A DNA stretch of 64,000 nt from a virus. Lineage: Duplodnaviria > Caudoviricetes. A model generated the notes under the pieces. It did not search any database. It was not told the origin of the DNA and saw only the letters and a program-made list of their open reading frames with translations. The position numbers were made by a program, and so were the translations under genes. This document shows positions 20,035 to 29,746 of the stretch, in pieces. The stretch covers positions 64,001 to 128,000 of IMG/VR virus record IMGVR_UViG_3300026549_000040; one strand, given 5' to 3'. Every line of letters starts with the position of its first letter. Position 1 is the first letter of the stretch.

Positions 20035-20047
20035 TTAGGAGGCACTT

Positions 20048-21241
20048 ATGATTATAAATGGTAAACGAGCTCTTGCTCACACTGAAAAAATTGAATGGAT
20101 AAAACCTATAGAAGGTGCAGATAATATAGAGCTAGTAGGAATTCTTGGTTGGACTTGCATTGCAAAGATAGGTGAGTTCAAAGAAGGAGATACTTGTGTA
20201 TATATTGAAATAGATTCTAAAGTACCTGAAAAAGAATGGTCTGAATTTCTTAGGGGAAAACATTTTAAAGTAAAGACAATGAAACTTGGTAAATTTAAAG
20301 TTATTTCTCAAGGATTAGCTTTACCGATTGATTCTTTTGATGTAGAAATTCCTAATAAGATAGGTATTGATGTTACAGATATTCTTGGTATTAAATATTC
20401 TGTAAAAGAGGATAATAGGAGAAAAGGGAAGGGTATTGATAAATATCAGTCTATGGCTCAACGTAGACCAGATATATTTAAACGTCCTTGGGCTCGCTGG
20501 GTGATGCGTAGAATGTGGGGAAAGAGAATTATGTTTTTCTTTTTTGGTAAGAAGAAAGATACCGATAGAAAGTTCCCTACAAAGTTTGAATATATTCATA
20601 AAACAGATCAAGAGCGGGTTGAAAATATGCCTTGGGTTCTTGAAGACAAAACTCCTTTTATTCGTACACAAAAATGTGATGGGTCAAGTGCTACTTATAT
20701 TCTTGAAAGAAAAGGTAGGGGGAAATATGAATTCTATGTGTGTTCAAGAAATGTAAGGATGATAGATGAGAAGTCAGAAAATTTCTTTGGTGAAGACAAT
20801 CCATATTGGGAAATGGCGATAAAATATGATATCGAAAATAAACTTAAAGACTATTTAGAATGGTTCAAAACTGTTGATTATGTATGTTGGCAAGGGGAAA
20901 TATGTGGACCTAAGATCCAAAAAAATCCTCATAAATTAAAAGAAAATCATTTATATCTGTTTCATATGATTGATAGCGAAATAGGTATGTTTGATATAAG
21001 AAAAGCTAAGTATTTTTGGGATAGATACTTTATGGAGTCTGTTCCTATTATGGAAGATGATTATATATTACCAGATAGTCTTGAAGAGTTTAAGTTAAGT
21101 GCCGATGGGTATTATGACTCACAAGTATGCGAAGGAATAATGAATTGTAAAAGAGAGGGGTGGGTATACTATAAAACAGATGATCCAACATTTAGCTTTA
21201 AGAATGTATCAAGAGAGTATTTATTGAAAAAGGGTGAGTAA
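20048..21241 (+). CDS. RNA ligase (Rnl2/DRB0094-type)
   Basis: N-terminal IKPIEGADNIE domain; KTDQER; motif I TQKCDGSS; QGEICGPKIQKN; REGWV; FSFKNVS. Confidence 0.85.
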   Translation: MIINGKRALAHTEKIEWIKPIEGADNIELVGILGWTCIAKIGEFKEGDTCVYIEIDSKVPEKEWSEFLRGKHFKVKTMKLGKFKVISQGLALPIDSFDVEIPNKIGIDVTDILGIKYSVKEDNRRKGKGIDKYQSMAQRRPDIFKRPWARWVMRRMWGKRIMFFFFGKKKDTDRKFPTKFEYIHKTDQERVENMPWVLEDKTPFIRTQKCDGSSATYILERKGRGKYEFYVCSRNVRMIDEKSENFFGEDNPYWEMAIKYDIENKLKDYLEWFKTVDYVCWQGEICGPKIQKNPHKLKENHLYLFHMIDSEIGMFDIRKAKYFWDRYFMESVPIMEDDYILPDSLEEFKLSADGYYDSQVCEGIMNCKREGWVYYKTDDPTFSFKNVSREYLLKKGE

Positions 21242-21387
21242 TGAAATATCAATTAGTATTTATATTTGGGTTATCTGTAGGATTTTTTATAAGCTCTTTA
21301 CATGGTGCCAATAAAATAAATGATATACATGCAGGATATGGTCAAATATTAAAACATATATCTGAAAGGGATAAAGATGAAAACTAA
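21241..21387 (+). CDS. small membrane protein (48 aa), not in ORF track
   Basis: TAATG overlap with the ligase stop; MKYQLVFIFGLSVGFFISSL hydrophobic N-terminus. Confidence 0.5.
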   Translation: MKYQLVFIFGLSVGFFISSLHGANKINDIHAGYGQILKHISERDKDEN

Positions 21388-21736
21388 AGTATTTACAAAA
21401 AATAAAGATGGAAAGATTGAGTTCACAGAGTTAGAACTTAAAAGATTATTAGATGAAATTTATAATGATGGGTATAATGATGGAAAGAAGAATTGTACTT
21501 ATACATATACAACTCCATATAGATACCCATATACACCTTGGTATTATACTTATTGTAATAGTAATAATATAACATCAGGTTCAAGTGCAGAGGGTTATAC
21601 TCTTTCAACTGTAACTTCTTCTACTTGTAGTGATAATACAAAATGTAATTGTAGTGATAAGAAGAAAGATGATGATAAATATACGTTTACATATACATTT
21701 GATAATACAAATAAGAAGAAGGGGAATAATAAATGA
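21377..21736 (+). CDS. hypothetical protein
   Basis: 119 aa; Y/T/S-rich low-complexity C-terminal half. Confidence 0.6.
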   Translation: MKTKVFTKNKDGKIEFTELELKRLLDEIYNDGYNDGKKNCTYTYTTPYRYPYTPWYYTYCNSNNITSGSSAEGYTLSTVTSSTCSDNTKCNCSDKKKDDDKYTFTYTFDNTNKKKGNNK

Positions 21737-22137
21737 ATTTAAAAACATTGGTAGAAGAGGGTTATAGTATACTTAATGGAAGAATAGTAGATTTTTCTAT
21801 TGAAAGTACTGGAACAGCTCTTGTATCTAAAGTTATTATAGAAGGTGATAATTGGACATGTAACTTTGGTATCTATGATTTACTAAGAAGTGATTTCGAT
21901 GGTTTGGCTTTTATTAAAGGGCTGATGGATGTTCTAGAAACACCCAAGATTTCTGATCTTACAGGTAAGATAATAAGGTTAGCAGCTAAGCCCGATGAAC
22001 AAGTTAAGATAATTGGTAACATCTTATATGATGTATGGCTTAATTGTGAGGACTATGAATCAAAAGAATCAGATTTAGAAGATACTGAAATTCAAGTTAA
22101 TAATAATGAAGATGAGCTTATAGAGGAGGAAGAATAA
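21733..22137 (+). CDS. hypothetical phage protein
   Basis: 134 aa, ATGA overlap. Confidence 0.6.
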   Translation: MNLKTLVEEGYSILNGRIVDFSIESTGTALVSKVIIEGDNWTCNFGIYDLLRSDFDGLAFIKGLMDVLETPKISDLTGKIIRLAAKPDEQVKIIGNILYDVWLNCEDYESKESDLEDTEIQVNNNEDELIEEEE

Positions 22138-22139
22138 GA

Positions 22140-23003
22140 ATGTTCTATCCAACAGATACTGGTGTACATCTTATTATAGATGGTGATCATATTGAAACCA
22201 TATCTAATACAGAAGATGTACCCGAACAATTTTGTACTGAGTGTATAAATTATATAGAAGATACCACAGAAAGTAAAGAAAAGCACTTTAATGTTCATTT
22301 TGATTGTACTTCCGGTGAGGAACTAAGCTTTGTACAGATTGGAGAATATGGATTTAATATTTGCATTTCTACAGAAGAAGAACCCTGTACTAAAGTTGTT
22401 TTAGATCTTCCTACAGAAAATAATTTTCCTCATAATTATATGTCACTTAGTAATAAGGAATTAGTAAAATGCTTATTAGTAGAAGCTGTAGAAGATTTTG
22501 AAAGAGATTTCTCAAAATGGGTCAATATCTTGTGTGTAGATAAATCAAATAAAAAAGTAAGAGATGAAAAAGCTATAGAATTACATAAACTATTGCTAAG
22601 AGCGAGGGCTGTAATTCAAGATTATGAAAGTAAAACTAAGGTAAATATTAAAACTTCCTCGGGTAATAATTATCCGATAAAAGATAGAGCTGCTTGGGAA
22701 AAAGTATTTTATACACTATTTGAACCAGAGTTTGATTCATATATGTATTATCAAGATATAGATAATCCAGATGCCAAATCATTCCTTACAGATAGAGGTG
22801 GATATGAAAATGATGTTTTTTTGATTAATCCATATTATTGGGGGGATGATGAAAAAATAGCTGGAGAACCTAATTTTATATATAAGCCTTCAGATCTAAA
22901 AATATATTGGTATAAATATCCTTTTAGAGGAGCTTATATGAATAAAGATATAAAGTTAGAAGAATTTATAAGGATTCTTCAAAAGTGTAAGACTTCTATG
23001 TAG
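22140..23003 (+). CDS. hypothetical protein, likely two fused domains
   Basis: C-terminal YENDVF.INPYYWG...PNF.YKP...I.WYKYP.R domain. Confidence 0.6.
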   Translation: MFYPTDTGVHLIIDGDHIETISNTEDVPEQFCTECINYIEDTTESKEKHFNVHFDCTSGEELSFVQIGEYGFNICISTEEEPCTKVVLDLPTENNFPHNYMSLSNKELVKCLLVEAVEDFERDFSKWVNILCVDKSNKKVRDEKAIELHKLLLRARAVIQDYESKTKVNIKTSSGNNYPIKDRAAWEKVFYTLFEPEFDSYMYYQDIDNPDAKSFLTDRGGYENDVFLINPYYWGDDEKIAGEPNFIYKPSDLKIYWYKYPFRGAYMNKDIKLEEFIRILQKCKTSM

Positions 23004-23006
23004 TAG

Positions 23007-23040
23007 AAAAGGGTCTAGGTTATATCCTGGGCTCTTTTTT
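23007..23040 (+). terminator. rho-independent terminator closing the early island
   Basis: GGGTCTAGG-ttatat-CCTGGGCTC followed by T6. Confidence 0.8.
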
Positions 23041-23055
23041 AGTATTAAAATAATA

Positions 23056-23080
23056 AAATTTAATGCTAAATTATTTATAT
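23056..23080 (+). promoter_or_regulatory. putative late promoter AAATTTAATGCTAAATTA
   Basis: Shares core with 10573 and 38824; lies right after the terminator, ahead of the MoxR operon. Confidence 0.6.
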
Positions 23081-23124
23081 TAATAGGAATAGATCTACTT
23101 ATTAAGGTGGTGAAATATTAAACA

Positions 23125-23520
23125 ATGAATAGTAAATATTATGTAGAAAAAGAAGGAAAATATTATTACATATACGAATATGATAATTCTTCAGGAGAAA
23201 GTCATTTTGTAAAAGCCGTATCTTCAAAAGATGACTTAGCAGAGTTTGATCCTGAATTAGTTAAGATACAGGGAAGTTTAGAAAAAGAAAAACTAAAAGA
23301 AGCTATGAAGTCAAATAGAAGAATATGGAATCCAGATAGGCATTTAGATGAAGTTTGTAATCTGTATAGAAAATGGGCTGGCTGGGATGACGATGAAGTG
23401 ATAACAGAAGAACATTTTAAAAATCAAGATTGGCGATTAAGAAAGATGAGTGCTTTAAAGAACACTCCTGTTAATAAGATAAAAGAAGGATTATTAAATC
23501 AAAGGATTCAGAATAAATGA
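23125..23520 (+). CDS. hypothetical protein
   Basis: 131 aa; two apparent modules joined near KLKEA. Confidence 0.55.
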   Translation: MNSKYYVEKEGKYYYIYEYDNSSGESHFVKAVSSKDDLAEFDPELVKIQGSLEKEKLKEAMKSNRRIWNPDRHLDEVCNLYRKWAGWDDDEVITEEHFKNQDWRLRKMSALKNTPVNKIKEGLLNQRIQNK

Positions 23521-24620
23521 AAATTAGGAAAGTATTAAACGAAGCTACTATAGAACAAGCTGCTAAAGAATATGGCAGTGGAGTTAAAAAAGCTGCAAAT
23601 GATATACAAGCAGGACAAGTAGTAGATGGTGAAGAGCCATTAGGTATGATGGGTAGAGAACTAGATGCTGCTCTTGCTGCTGCCAGAGAGGCTCAAGATT
23701 TTGGTGAAATTGGTGGTGTAAATGTATTATTTGTAGGCCGTGGTGGTACAGGTAAAACATATACTGTTAAAAAATGGGCACAGCAAAGAGGTATCAATTT
23801 AGTAGAAAAAGATGCTAAAACTATGGACCCTTCAGATTTAGGTGGTGTTGTTGCCAGAAGATATGATGATGAAGGTAATGCTACTAATACTGTTACAAAA
23901 CTTTCTAATACAGAATTCGATGAATTAGATAAACCTAATTCTGTATTATTCTTAGATGAGTTAAACAGAGCAAGAAAAGATGTTGCTGGTGCATTATTAA
24001 CTTTAATTAATGACCATGTTATTAATGACCAGACTCAACCTTCTGGCAAGAGATTATTAAAAGGATTCTTATTTACTATTGCTGCTATTAACCCGAATAA
24101 ATCAGGTAATGAAGTAAATAGTTTAGATAATCCTATGAGATCAAGATTTAAGACAGTTGATGTTGAATCTAATCCGCAGGAAAGTATTGAACACTTTGAG
24201 TATAAGTTTGGTAAACAGATTGAAAAACTGAAAGCTATGGGTAAGCCAGAAAGAATACCTGTTGTTCAAGGTAGATTAGAGCTTGCTAAGAAATTATTAT
24301 CAGATCCAAGATTTGAATTTGATGGTGATGAAGAAGAAGAAATCGCACAGGATGAAGGACTTCCAGTACTCAATCCAAGATCTTTCTCAAGATTATTAAC
24401 TGCTACAAATGGTACTAAAGAATCTTTATTAGCTAACTGGAGTGGTTTCTGTAATCCAGAAAAGTATAATGTTGTAGAAGATATATTATCAGATTATGTT
24501 GATGTAGATGATAAGGCTAATGATGCTTTAAAATTTGATGGGGATAATCCATTTGCAAAAGCTAAAGCTCAACAAAGAGCACAAAAGAGTATTTACGATC
24601 AAATAGCTGATCTCATTTAG
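23517..24620 (+). CDS. MoxR-type AAA+ ATPase
   Basis: Walker A GRGGTGKT, Walker B LFLDELNRA, AAINP, LDNPMRSRF, NPRS. Confidence 0.88.
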   Translation: MKIRKVLNEATIEQAAKEYGSGVKKAANDIQAGQVVDGEEPLGMMGRELDAALAAAREAQDFGEIGGVNVLFVGRGGTGKTYTVKKWAQQRGINLVEKDAKTMDPSDLGGVVARRYDDEGNATNTVTKLSNTEFDELDKPNSVLFLDELNRARKDVAGALLTLINDHVINDQTQPSGKRLLKGFLFTIAAINPNKSGNEVNSLDNPMRSRFKTVDVESNPQESIEHFEYKFGKQIEKLKAMGKPERIPVVQGRLELAKKLLSDPRFEFDGDEEEEIAQDEGLPVLNPRSFSRLLTATNGTKESLLANWSGFCNPEKYNVVEDILSDYVDVDDKANDALKFDGDNPFAKAKAQQRAQKSIYDQIADLI

Positions 24621-24634
24621 TGGGGTGATTTAAT

Positions 24635-25363
24635 ATGGCTATGACAAAAGAAGAAAAAATCGCTAAGAACTATTTGATGAGAGTATTGGCTACAGATGGT
24701 TATTCTACATACGCTAAGATATTTAGTAAGTTTGATTTTAATTTTACCAGTGATCCTGATGTTGTAGCCTATTTAGATCCAGCCAGAGGCGTTATTGTAG
24801 CTAATAGAGGCTTAGATGAGTTTCAAATAAGTGTAATAATAAGACATGAAATATTACACGATTATTTAAAACATGAGAAAAGGTTACTGACAAAGTTAGC
24901 AGTTGAGCATGGTTTAGATCCAGATGATTTAGATGATATTGCTATAAGAGATTTAAAGAATGAACTCTATGGTAATAAAGATTTTAATATTGCTGGTGAC
25001 TATGAGATTTCTAATAAGGGCTATACTGACAAAGATAAGAAAACAATTAGAAATATTATTCTAAATGGTAGAACATTATCTGGATTAGTTACAGAAGATG
25101 ACCATCCTGAATGGACAGAGCTATCCATAGAAGAAATGTTCGATGAGTTAAGAAAAGAGAAGCAAAAGATGAAGCCAGACGAGGACGTGATCATAGGTGT
25201 GTTACTTCCTCTTAAATCTGCATTAGATAGTGTTATACAAACTGGTGGTTGTGATATCTTCGTAGGTGTTGATGGTGTTATGTATTCTTCACAGTCTGTA
25301 GTAGACTATGCTAAACAGAATGGAATAGGAAATATTATTAGACAGAATGGAGGAACTAAATGA
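24635..25363 (+). CDS. zincin-like metallopeptidase (DUF2201 N-terminal-like)
   Basis: IIRHEILHDYLKH (HExxH) and FNIAGDYEIS; follows MoxR. Confidence 0.8.
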   Translation: MAMTKEEKIAKNYLMRVLATDGYSTYAKIFSKFDFNFTSDPDVVAYLDPARGVIVANRGLDEFQISVIIRHEILHDYLKHEKRLLTKLAVEHGLDPDDLDDIAIRDLKNELYGNKDFNIAGDYEISNKGYTDKDKKTIRNIILNGRTLSGLVTEDDHPEWTELSIEEMFDELRKEKQKMKPDEDVIIGVLLPLKSALDSVIQTGGCDIFVGVDGVMYSSQSVVDYAKQNGIGNIIRQNGGTK

Positions 25364-25992
25364 AAAAAAATGTATTACTAGAGGCTCCTTCAAAACCTCC
25401 TGTCCATATTCATCATGGTTCACTAAAAGATTTAAAAACTTTCTTAGACAAAGATGGTAATCCTTATGACTTAAAAGTATCTTCTATGAATCCTATGGAT
25501 CAAGGTTCTGGTGATGGAACTGAAAGTTCTTCAGGACAAAATAATAATCAACAGGGTAACCAAGGTAATTCACAAAGTAGTAGACAAGGTGGTTCCAGTG
25601 GTGGTCAACAAGGTAACCAATCTGGTAATCAAGGTAATCAGAGTGGTACACAGAATGGACAATCTGGTAGTCAAGGTCAACAAGGTGACCAAGGACAACA
25701 AGGTGCTCAAGGTCAACAAGGAAATCAAGGTCGACAAGGTGGTCAGCAAGGTGATCAAGGAGATGGCCAAGGCAATCAAGGAGATAGTCAAGATAACCAA
25801 CAAGGTGGACAACAAAGTAGTCAAGGTGGTAACCAACAAGATAATCAAGGTAACGGTCAACAAAGTAATCAACAGTCTAACAACGAAGATAAGTTTAAAG
25901 TCCCAGAAAAAGGTCAGATGTTTAGGGATATAAATACAGGAAAGACTTATGAATGGGACGGTTCTAAGTTTGTTGGAACAAGAGGAGTTTAA
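25360..25992 (+). CDS. Gln/Gly-rich low-complexity linker protein with small terminal domains
   Basis: GGAGG RBS; QQG/NQG repeats; C-terminal PEKGQMFRDINTGKTYEWDG. Confidence 0.75.
   Translation: MKKNVLLEAPSKPPVHIHHGSLKDLKTFLDKDGNPYDLKVSSMNPMDQGSGDGTESSSGQNNNQQGNQGNSQSSRQGGSSGGQQGNQSGNQGNQSGTQNGQSGSQGQQGDQGQQGAQGQQGNQGRQGGQQGDQGDGQGNQGDSQDNQQGGQQSSQGGNQQDNQGNGQQSNQQSNNEDKFKVPEKGQMFRDINTGKTYEWDGSKFVGTRGV
25500..25885 (+). repeat. degenerate CAAGGT-based coding repeat
   Basis: Repeated caaggt/caacaaggt units. Confidence 0.8.
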
Positions 25993-25994
25993 TT

Positions 25995-26948
25995 GTGCCA
26001 GATAATAAAGTACCAAATGTAAATGAATTGGGCGAGGTACATATCTATAAAGATGATGCTACTGGAGATATGTACATATTTGATGGAACCCAATTAGTAA
26101 AGATTGGAAATTCAACTCCTCAAATAGGTGATAAAGGGGATCGTGAATTTCAAGATAAAGAAGAAGAAGAAAGAAAAGCTCAGATTGAAAAAGAAAGAGC
26201 TGAAGCTGAAGAAAACGGAGAAGAGGTAGACGAAGAAGAAACCGAAGAAGAAAAACAGCAACGTATTGATGATATAAAAAACATGATGGGTGATGAAGGT
26301 ATAGCAGATGATATACAAAATGAAACCCGTGGTCATGTAGATAAAGAGTTAAAGAAAAAGCGTGCTGCTAAAGAAAAAGAAGTAAAAAAGTATACTTCTT
26401 CTATGCAAAGATTTAGAGAATCTTTAAGAAGATTCATTGCTAACCAAGTTAGCGAAATAAGAGATAGAACATTCAAACGTGAAGATCCTTCTTATGAAGG
26501 TTCTGGTATTATAAGACCTGGTCGAATGATAGATGATAATAATAAAATACCTAAAATTAATGTTTACTTTGACCAGTCCAGCTCTTGGGGAGATGCTGAT
26601 ATTAGAAAAGGTGAAGAAGCAATTGGTGTTTTGAATAATTATGTTAAAAGAGGCGAGATCACAATAGATGTATATTATTTTAGTGACTTTGTTTCTGATA
26701 ACAAAGAACAAGTAGCTGGTGGTGGAACAGCTGCTGGTGCAGAGTTAATCGAGCACATACAGGCAACGAAGCCGGATAATGTAATTGTAATGACAGATGC
26801 TGATTTTGATCATTGGGGAGAAATTAACGAAGCACCTAATATAAAGGTTCCGGGTGCTGTATGGCTTTTATTCAGAAAGGGTGAAAGATCAATATTATTG
26901 CAACAACACCTTAAAGGTAGAAAGCAAACAAGAGTATTTGATTTTTAA
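25995..26948 (+). CDS. vWA-like domain protein (DUF2201 C-terminal-like)
   Basis: MIDAS-like YFDQSSSW, GGGT, VIVMTDAD; GTG start after AGAGGAG. Confidence 0.8.
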   Translation: MPDNKVPNVNELGEVHIYKDDATGDMYIFDGTQLVKIGNSTPQIGDKGDREFQDKEEEERKAQIEKERAEAEENGEEVDEEETEEEKQQRIDDIKNMMGDEGIADDIQNETRGHVDKELKKKRAAKEKEVKKYTSSMQRFRESLRRFIANQVSEIRDRTFKREDPSYEGSGIIRPGRMIDDNNKIPKINVYFDQSSSWGDADIRKGEEAIGVLNNYVKRGEITIDVYYFSDFVSDNKEQVAGGGTAAGAELIEHIQATKPDNVIVMTDADFDHWGEINEAPNIKVPGAVWLLFRKGERSILLQQHLKGRKQTRVFDF

Positions 26949-26969
26949 TTTAATAAGGATTAAGTTATA

Positions 26970-27527
26970 ATGATAAAATTAGAAGACAACGAAAAAGAAA
27001 TTCTTAGAGAACTTGGGAAAAAGTATCTTAAGAATAATGATATACTTGGATTCTGTAGGGCACAAGATTCAGCTGGTGCCATTAATCCAGGAAGAATAAT
27101 GCAGTTTTTAATGGAAAATGGTGTGCCAGTGTTTGACTATTTAGAATTTATACCTGATAAAATGTTTCTAGGAGCAGAAATTGAATCTATTTCTATTCCA
27201 AATCATATAACTAGAATAGGAAAATCAGCATTCCGTAATTGTAGTGATTTAACTTCTGTGAATATAGGCGATTCTGTTATTCAGATAGGGGATCATGCAT
27301 TTGGAAATTGTGGAAAGCTTACAGAAGTTTTCTTACCAAACTCTGTTAGAGTGCTTGGGTCTGATGTTTTTGAGGATTGTTCAAATAATCTTATTATATA
27401 TGCTGAGAAGAGAGGTCCTGGAAATAGATTAAAATGTAAACAAGGGGAAATACCTTGGTATAAAGAGCATCTATTTAGACAGCCAGAAACTACTGAAGAA
27501 GATGCAGAACAAGAAGAACAACTATAG
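26970..27527 (+). CDS. BspA-type (LRR_5) leucine-rich repeat protein, no signal peptide
   Basis: IPNHITRIGKSAFRNCSDLTSVNIGDSVIQIGDHAFGNC repeats. Confidence 0.85.
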   Translation: MIKLEDNEKEILRELGKKYLKNNDILGFCRAQDSAGAINPGRIMQFLMENGVPVFDYLEFIPDKMFLGAEIESISIPNHITRIGKSAFRNCSDLTSVNIGDSVIQIGDHAFGNCGKLTEVFLPNSVRVLGSDVFEDCSNNLIIYAEKRGPGNRLKCKQGEIPWYKEHLFRQPETTEEDAEQEEQL

Positions 27528-27542
27528 ATTGGATTTATTAGA

Positions 27543-28673
27543 ATGTTAAGATTAAGAAATTTAACAGAAAGTTTAGAAAAAAGATATAATTTAAGTGAAT
27601 CTCGTGACTTGAATGAATCTGATAAGTTAAATGAGAAACTTAGTGACGATATGCCAGATTGGTTTGCGAAAAGATTATTAACTACAAAATATACTGATTC
27701 AAGTCGTATTTATAAGAGGGATCTAGGAGGCTCTGCACATTTTGCCGGAGGTAACAATTATACTTATCTTAAGGGTAAAGGCGCTAAGAAAAATCCTAAT
27801 TATGGTAAAGTACCAGATTATAAACAATCTGAATATGATGATCAATCACTATTTACAGGGTTACTACATAAGGGCATAAGTCTAGATAATGTGAAAATTA
27901 TAGAAGGCCCAGTACCAATTTCTGATACAGATAAAAGATTACAGCCGCCTAATATCCCAATTTTTCTTCTTAATGATGGTGTAGTATATATTCCTGGTGT
28001 AAATGATGAAGAAAAACTTGGAAGTAGAAAGACATTAGGAGCGTATAAAATAAGTGCTTTATTGCCTCAATGTAAAAAATTTGCTTACATAGATGGAAAT
28101 GACCCAGATAATTTTAAAAGAGAATATAAACGGAATACAAGATACAAAGACCGTAGTGGTTCAATATATAGAGCTGATAGTCCTGAAAAAGATAGAGATG
28201 GAAATCCAATAGGCGGTCTAAAAAATACTTATTGGAATAAATATGATAAATCAGGATATAAGATTATTCCTCCAGCAGAGAAATATAAAGATAAATTAGA
28301 TGAAATAAAAGCTAAGAAAATTTATGAAATTATGAAGAAATATGAAGATTATCTTACTGATGCACAGCAAGAAATTGCAAACTATATTTCTTCTTTATCT
28401 ATGAAAGAATATCGTTTAAATAATGATACCATAGAACGATTACAAACTATATTAAATAATGCTATAGGATATTATGTAGCTGTCGATAAACATATAAACG
28501 AAATAGTTAATGATACGTCTACTACTGATGAAGAAAAAAGAGATAGGTTAGTTGATCTAATAAACTCAAATTATCCTTATAGATGGGAAGGAGTTAAACA
28601 ATTAGATAGAGAAGTAGTTAGATTAAAAGATGCTTCAAAAGACGTATTTAACGCAACTATAGATTGGATATAA
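27543..28673 (+). CDS. hypothetical protein, candidate internal head protein
   Basis: N-terminus with stacked LTE, LSE, LNE, LNE sites. Confidence 0.65.
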   Translation: MLRLRNLTESLEKRYNLSESRDLNESDKLNEKLSDDMPDWFAKRLLTTKYTDSSRIYKRDLGGSAHFAGGNNYTYLKGKGAKKNPNYGKVPDYKQSEYDDQSLFTGLLHKGISLDNVKIIEGPVPISDTDKRLQPPNIPIFLLNDGVVYIPGVNDEEKLGSRKTLGAYKISALLPQCKKFAYIDGNDPDNFKREYKRNTRYKDRSGSIYRADSPEKDRDGNPIGGLKNTYWNKYDKSGYKIIPPAEKYKDKLDEIKAKKIYEIMKKYEDYLTDAQQEIANYISSLSMKEYRLNNDTIERLQTILNNAIGYYVAVDKHINEIVNDTSTTDEEKRDRLVDLINSNYPYRWEGVKQLDREVVRLKDASKDVFNATIDWI

Positions 28674-28687
28674 ATTAAGGATATTAT

Positions 28688-29731
28688 ATGAATATAAGAA
28701 CATTAACAGAATGTTTAGATACTAAACTAAAAACAGAAGCTTTTGAGTATGAATTTGATGATGAATTAGATTATATAATGGATGATGATTCATTATCAGA
28801 TGAAGAAAAAGAACAAGCTATAAAGGATCTGTATAATAAATACAACATAGATGAAAGTTGGAGTGATGAAGATATATCTTCAATACCATTTTCAGAATTA
28901 ATTAGTGGTAATTGGTTTGGTGCAAAAGAGAGTGATTATGGTGGAACTGTAGATAAGTCATTCTTTTCTAAATGGGGAGATACAGAAGATACCAAGTTTT
29001 CAGATGAAGATCCTGAATCATTAAATGAAGATTGGGATGATGATTCATTATCTGATATTGAAAGAGAACAAGCTATCAGTGATTTATATTCTAAATATAA
29101 TTTGCACGAAAGTAATTCTTGTGATGGGTGGATAGCTTTTTATAATGGTAAGAAATTAGAAATACCAAAATCTGATGTAGACGGCGGTATATATGAAGCA
29201 AAACAAAAAGCTATTAAAGAGTTAAAAGTTCCTAAATCTAAGATTGGTCTTTTAAGTATAAAGCCTGCTTATAATGAATCCTTAAATGAAGGAAGAAAAT
29301 CAACAAAGAAAAAATTTATAATTCGTAGAGAGCAACGTGGGTCTATATTTAATGATGACTGGCATGAAATAAGACCGCTTGAAGTAATGGCTAAAAATGC
29401 TCAAGAAGCACAGGATAAATATCGCAGGATACTAAGAAGCAGAGGTAAAACTGCTAATCAATATGAAAGACATATAGATATTAAGGAAGCTGATCCACAG
29501 AATGAATCATTAACTGAAAGTGTTGCAGGAGATATTATTTGGGAAAAAGTTAGAGATTATATTCAAGAATTAATAGAAACAGAAGTAGTAGATAATCTGG
29601 CTAGTGTTGTTTCTTCAGAAATACCTGAATATAATCCAGATTGGTGCGGTGATTCATCTTTTACAAGTCAACGCGCAGTTGAAAAGCTTGCAGAAGAATT
29701 AGCTACAGAATTAATGTTTAATCTAGAATAA
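28688..29731 (+). CDS. modular polyprotein-like protein, candidate head cargo
   Basis: Modules separated by IDES, ESLNE, LHES, ESLNE, ESLTE; internal duplication DDDSLSD.E.EQAI.DLY.KYN. Confidence 0.65.
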   Translation: MNIRTLTECLDTKLKTEAFEYEFDDELDYIMDDDSLSDEEKEQAIKDLYNKYNIDESWSDEDISSIPFSELISGNWFGAKESDYGGTVDKSFFSKWGDTEDTKFSDEDPESLNEDWDDDSLSDIEREQAISDLYSKYNLHESNSCDGWIAFYNGKKLEIPKSDVDGGIYEAKQKAIKELKVPKSKIGLLSIKPAYNESLNEGRKSTKKKFIIRREQRGSIFNDDWHEIRPLEVMAKNAQEAQDKYRRILRSRGKTANQYERHIDIKEADPQNESLTESVAGDIIWEKVRDYIQELIETEVVDNLASVVSSEIPEYNPDWCGDSSFTSQRAVEKLAEELATELMFNLE

Positions 29732-29746
29732 ATATAAAGGAAATAA

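Noticed and set aside
25511-26016. Alternative-frame and antisense ORFs (140 aa +, 148 aa -) over the QG-rich gene
   Set aside because: By-products of the CAAGGT repeat lacking stops; VKVNK/LLTTL low-complexity translations with no RBS
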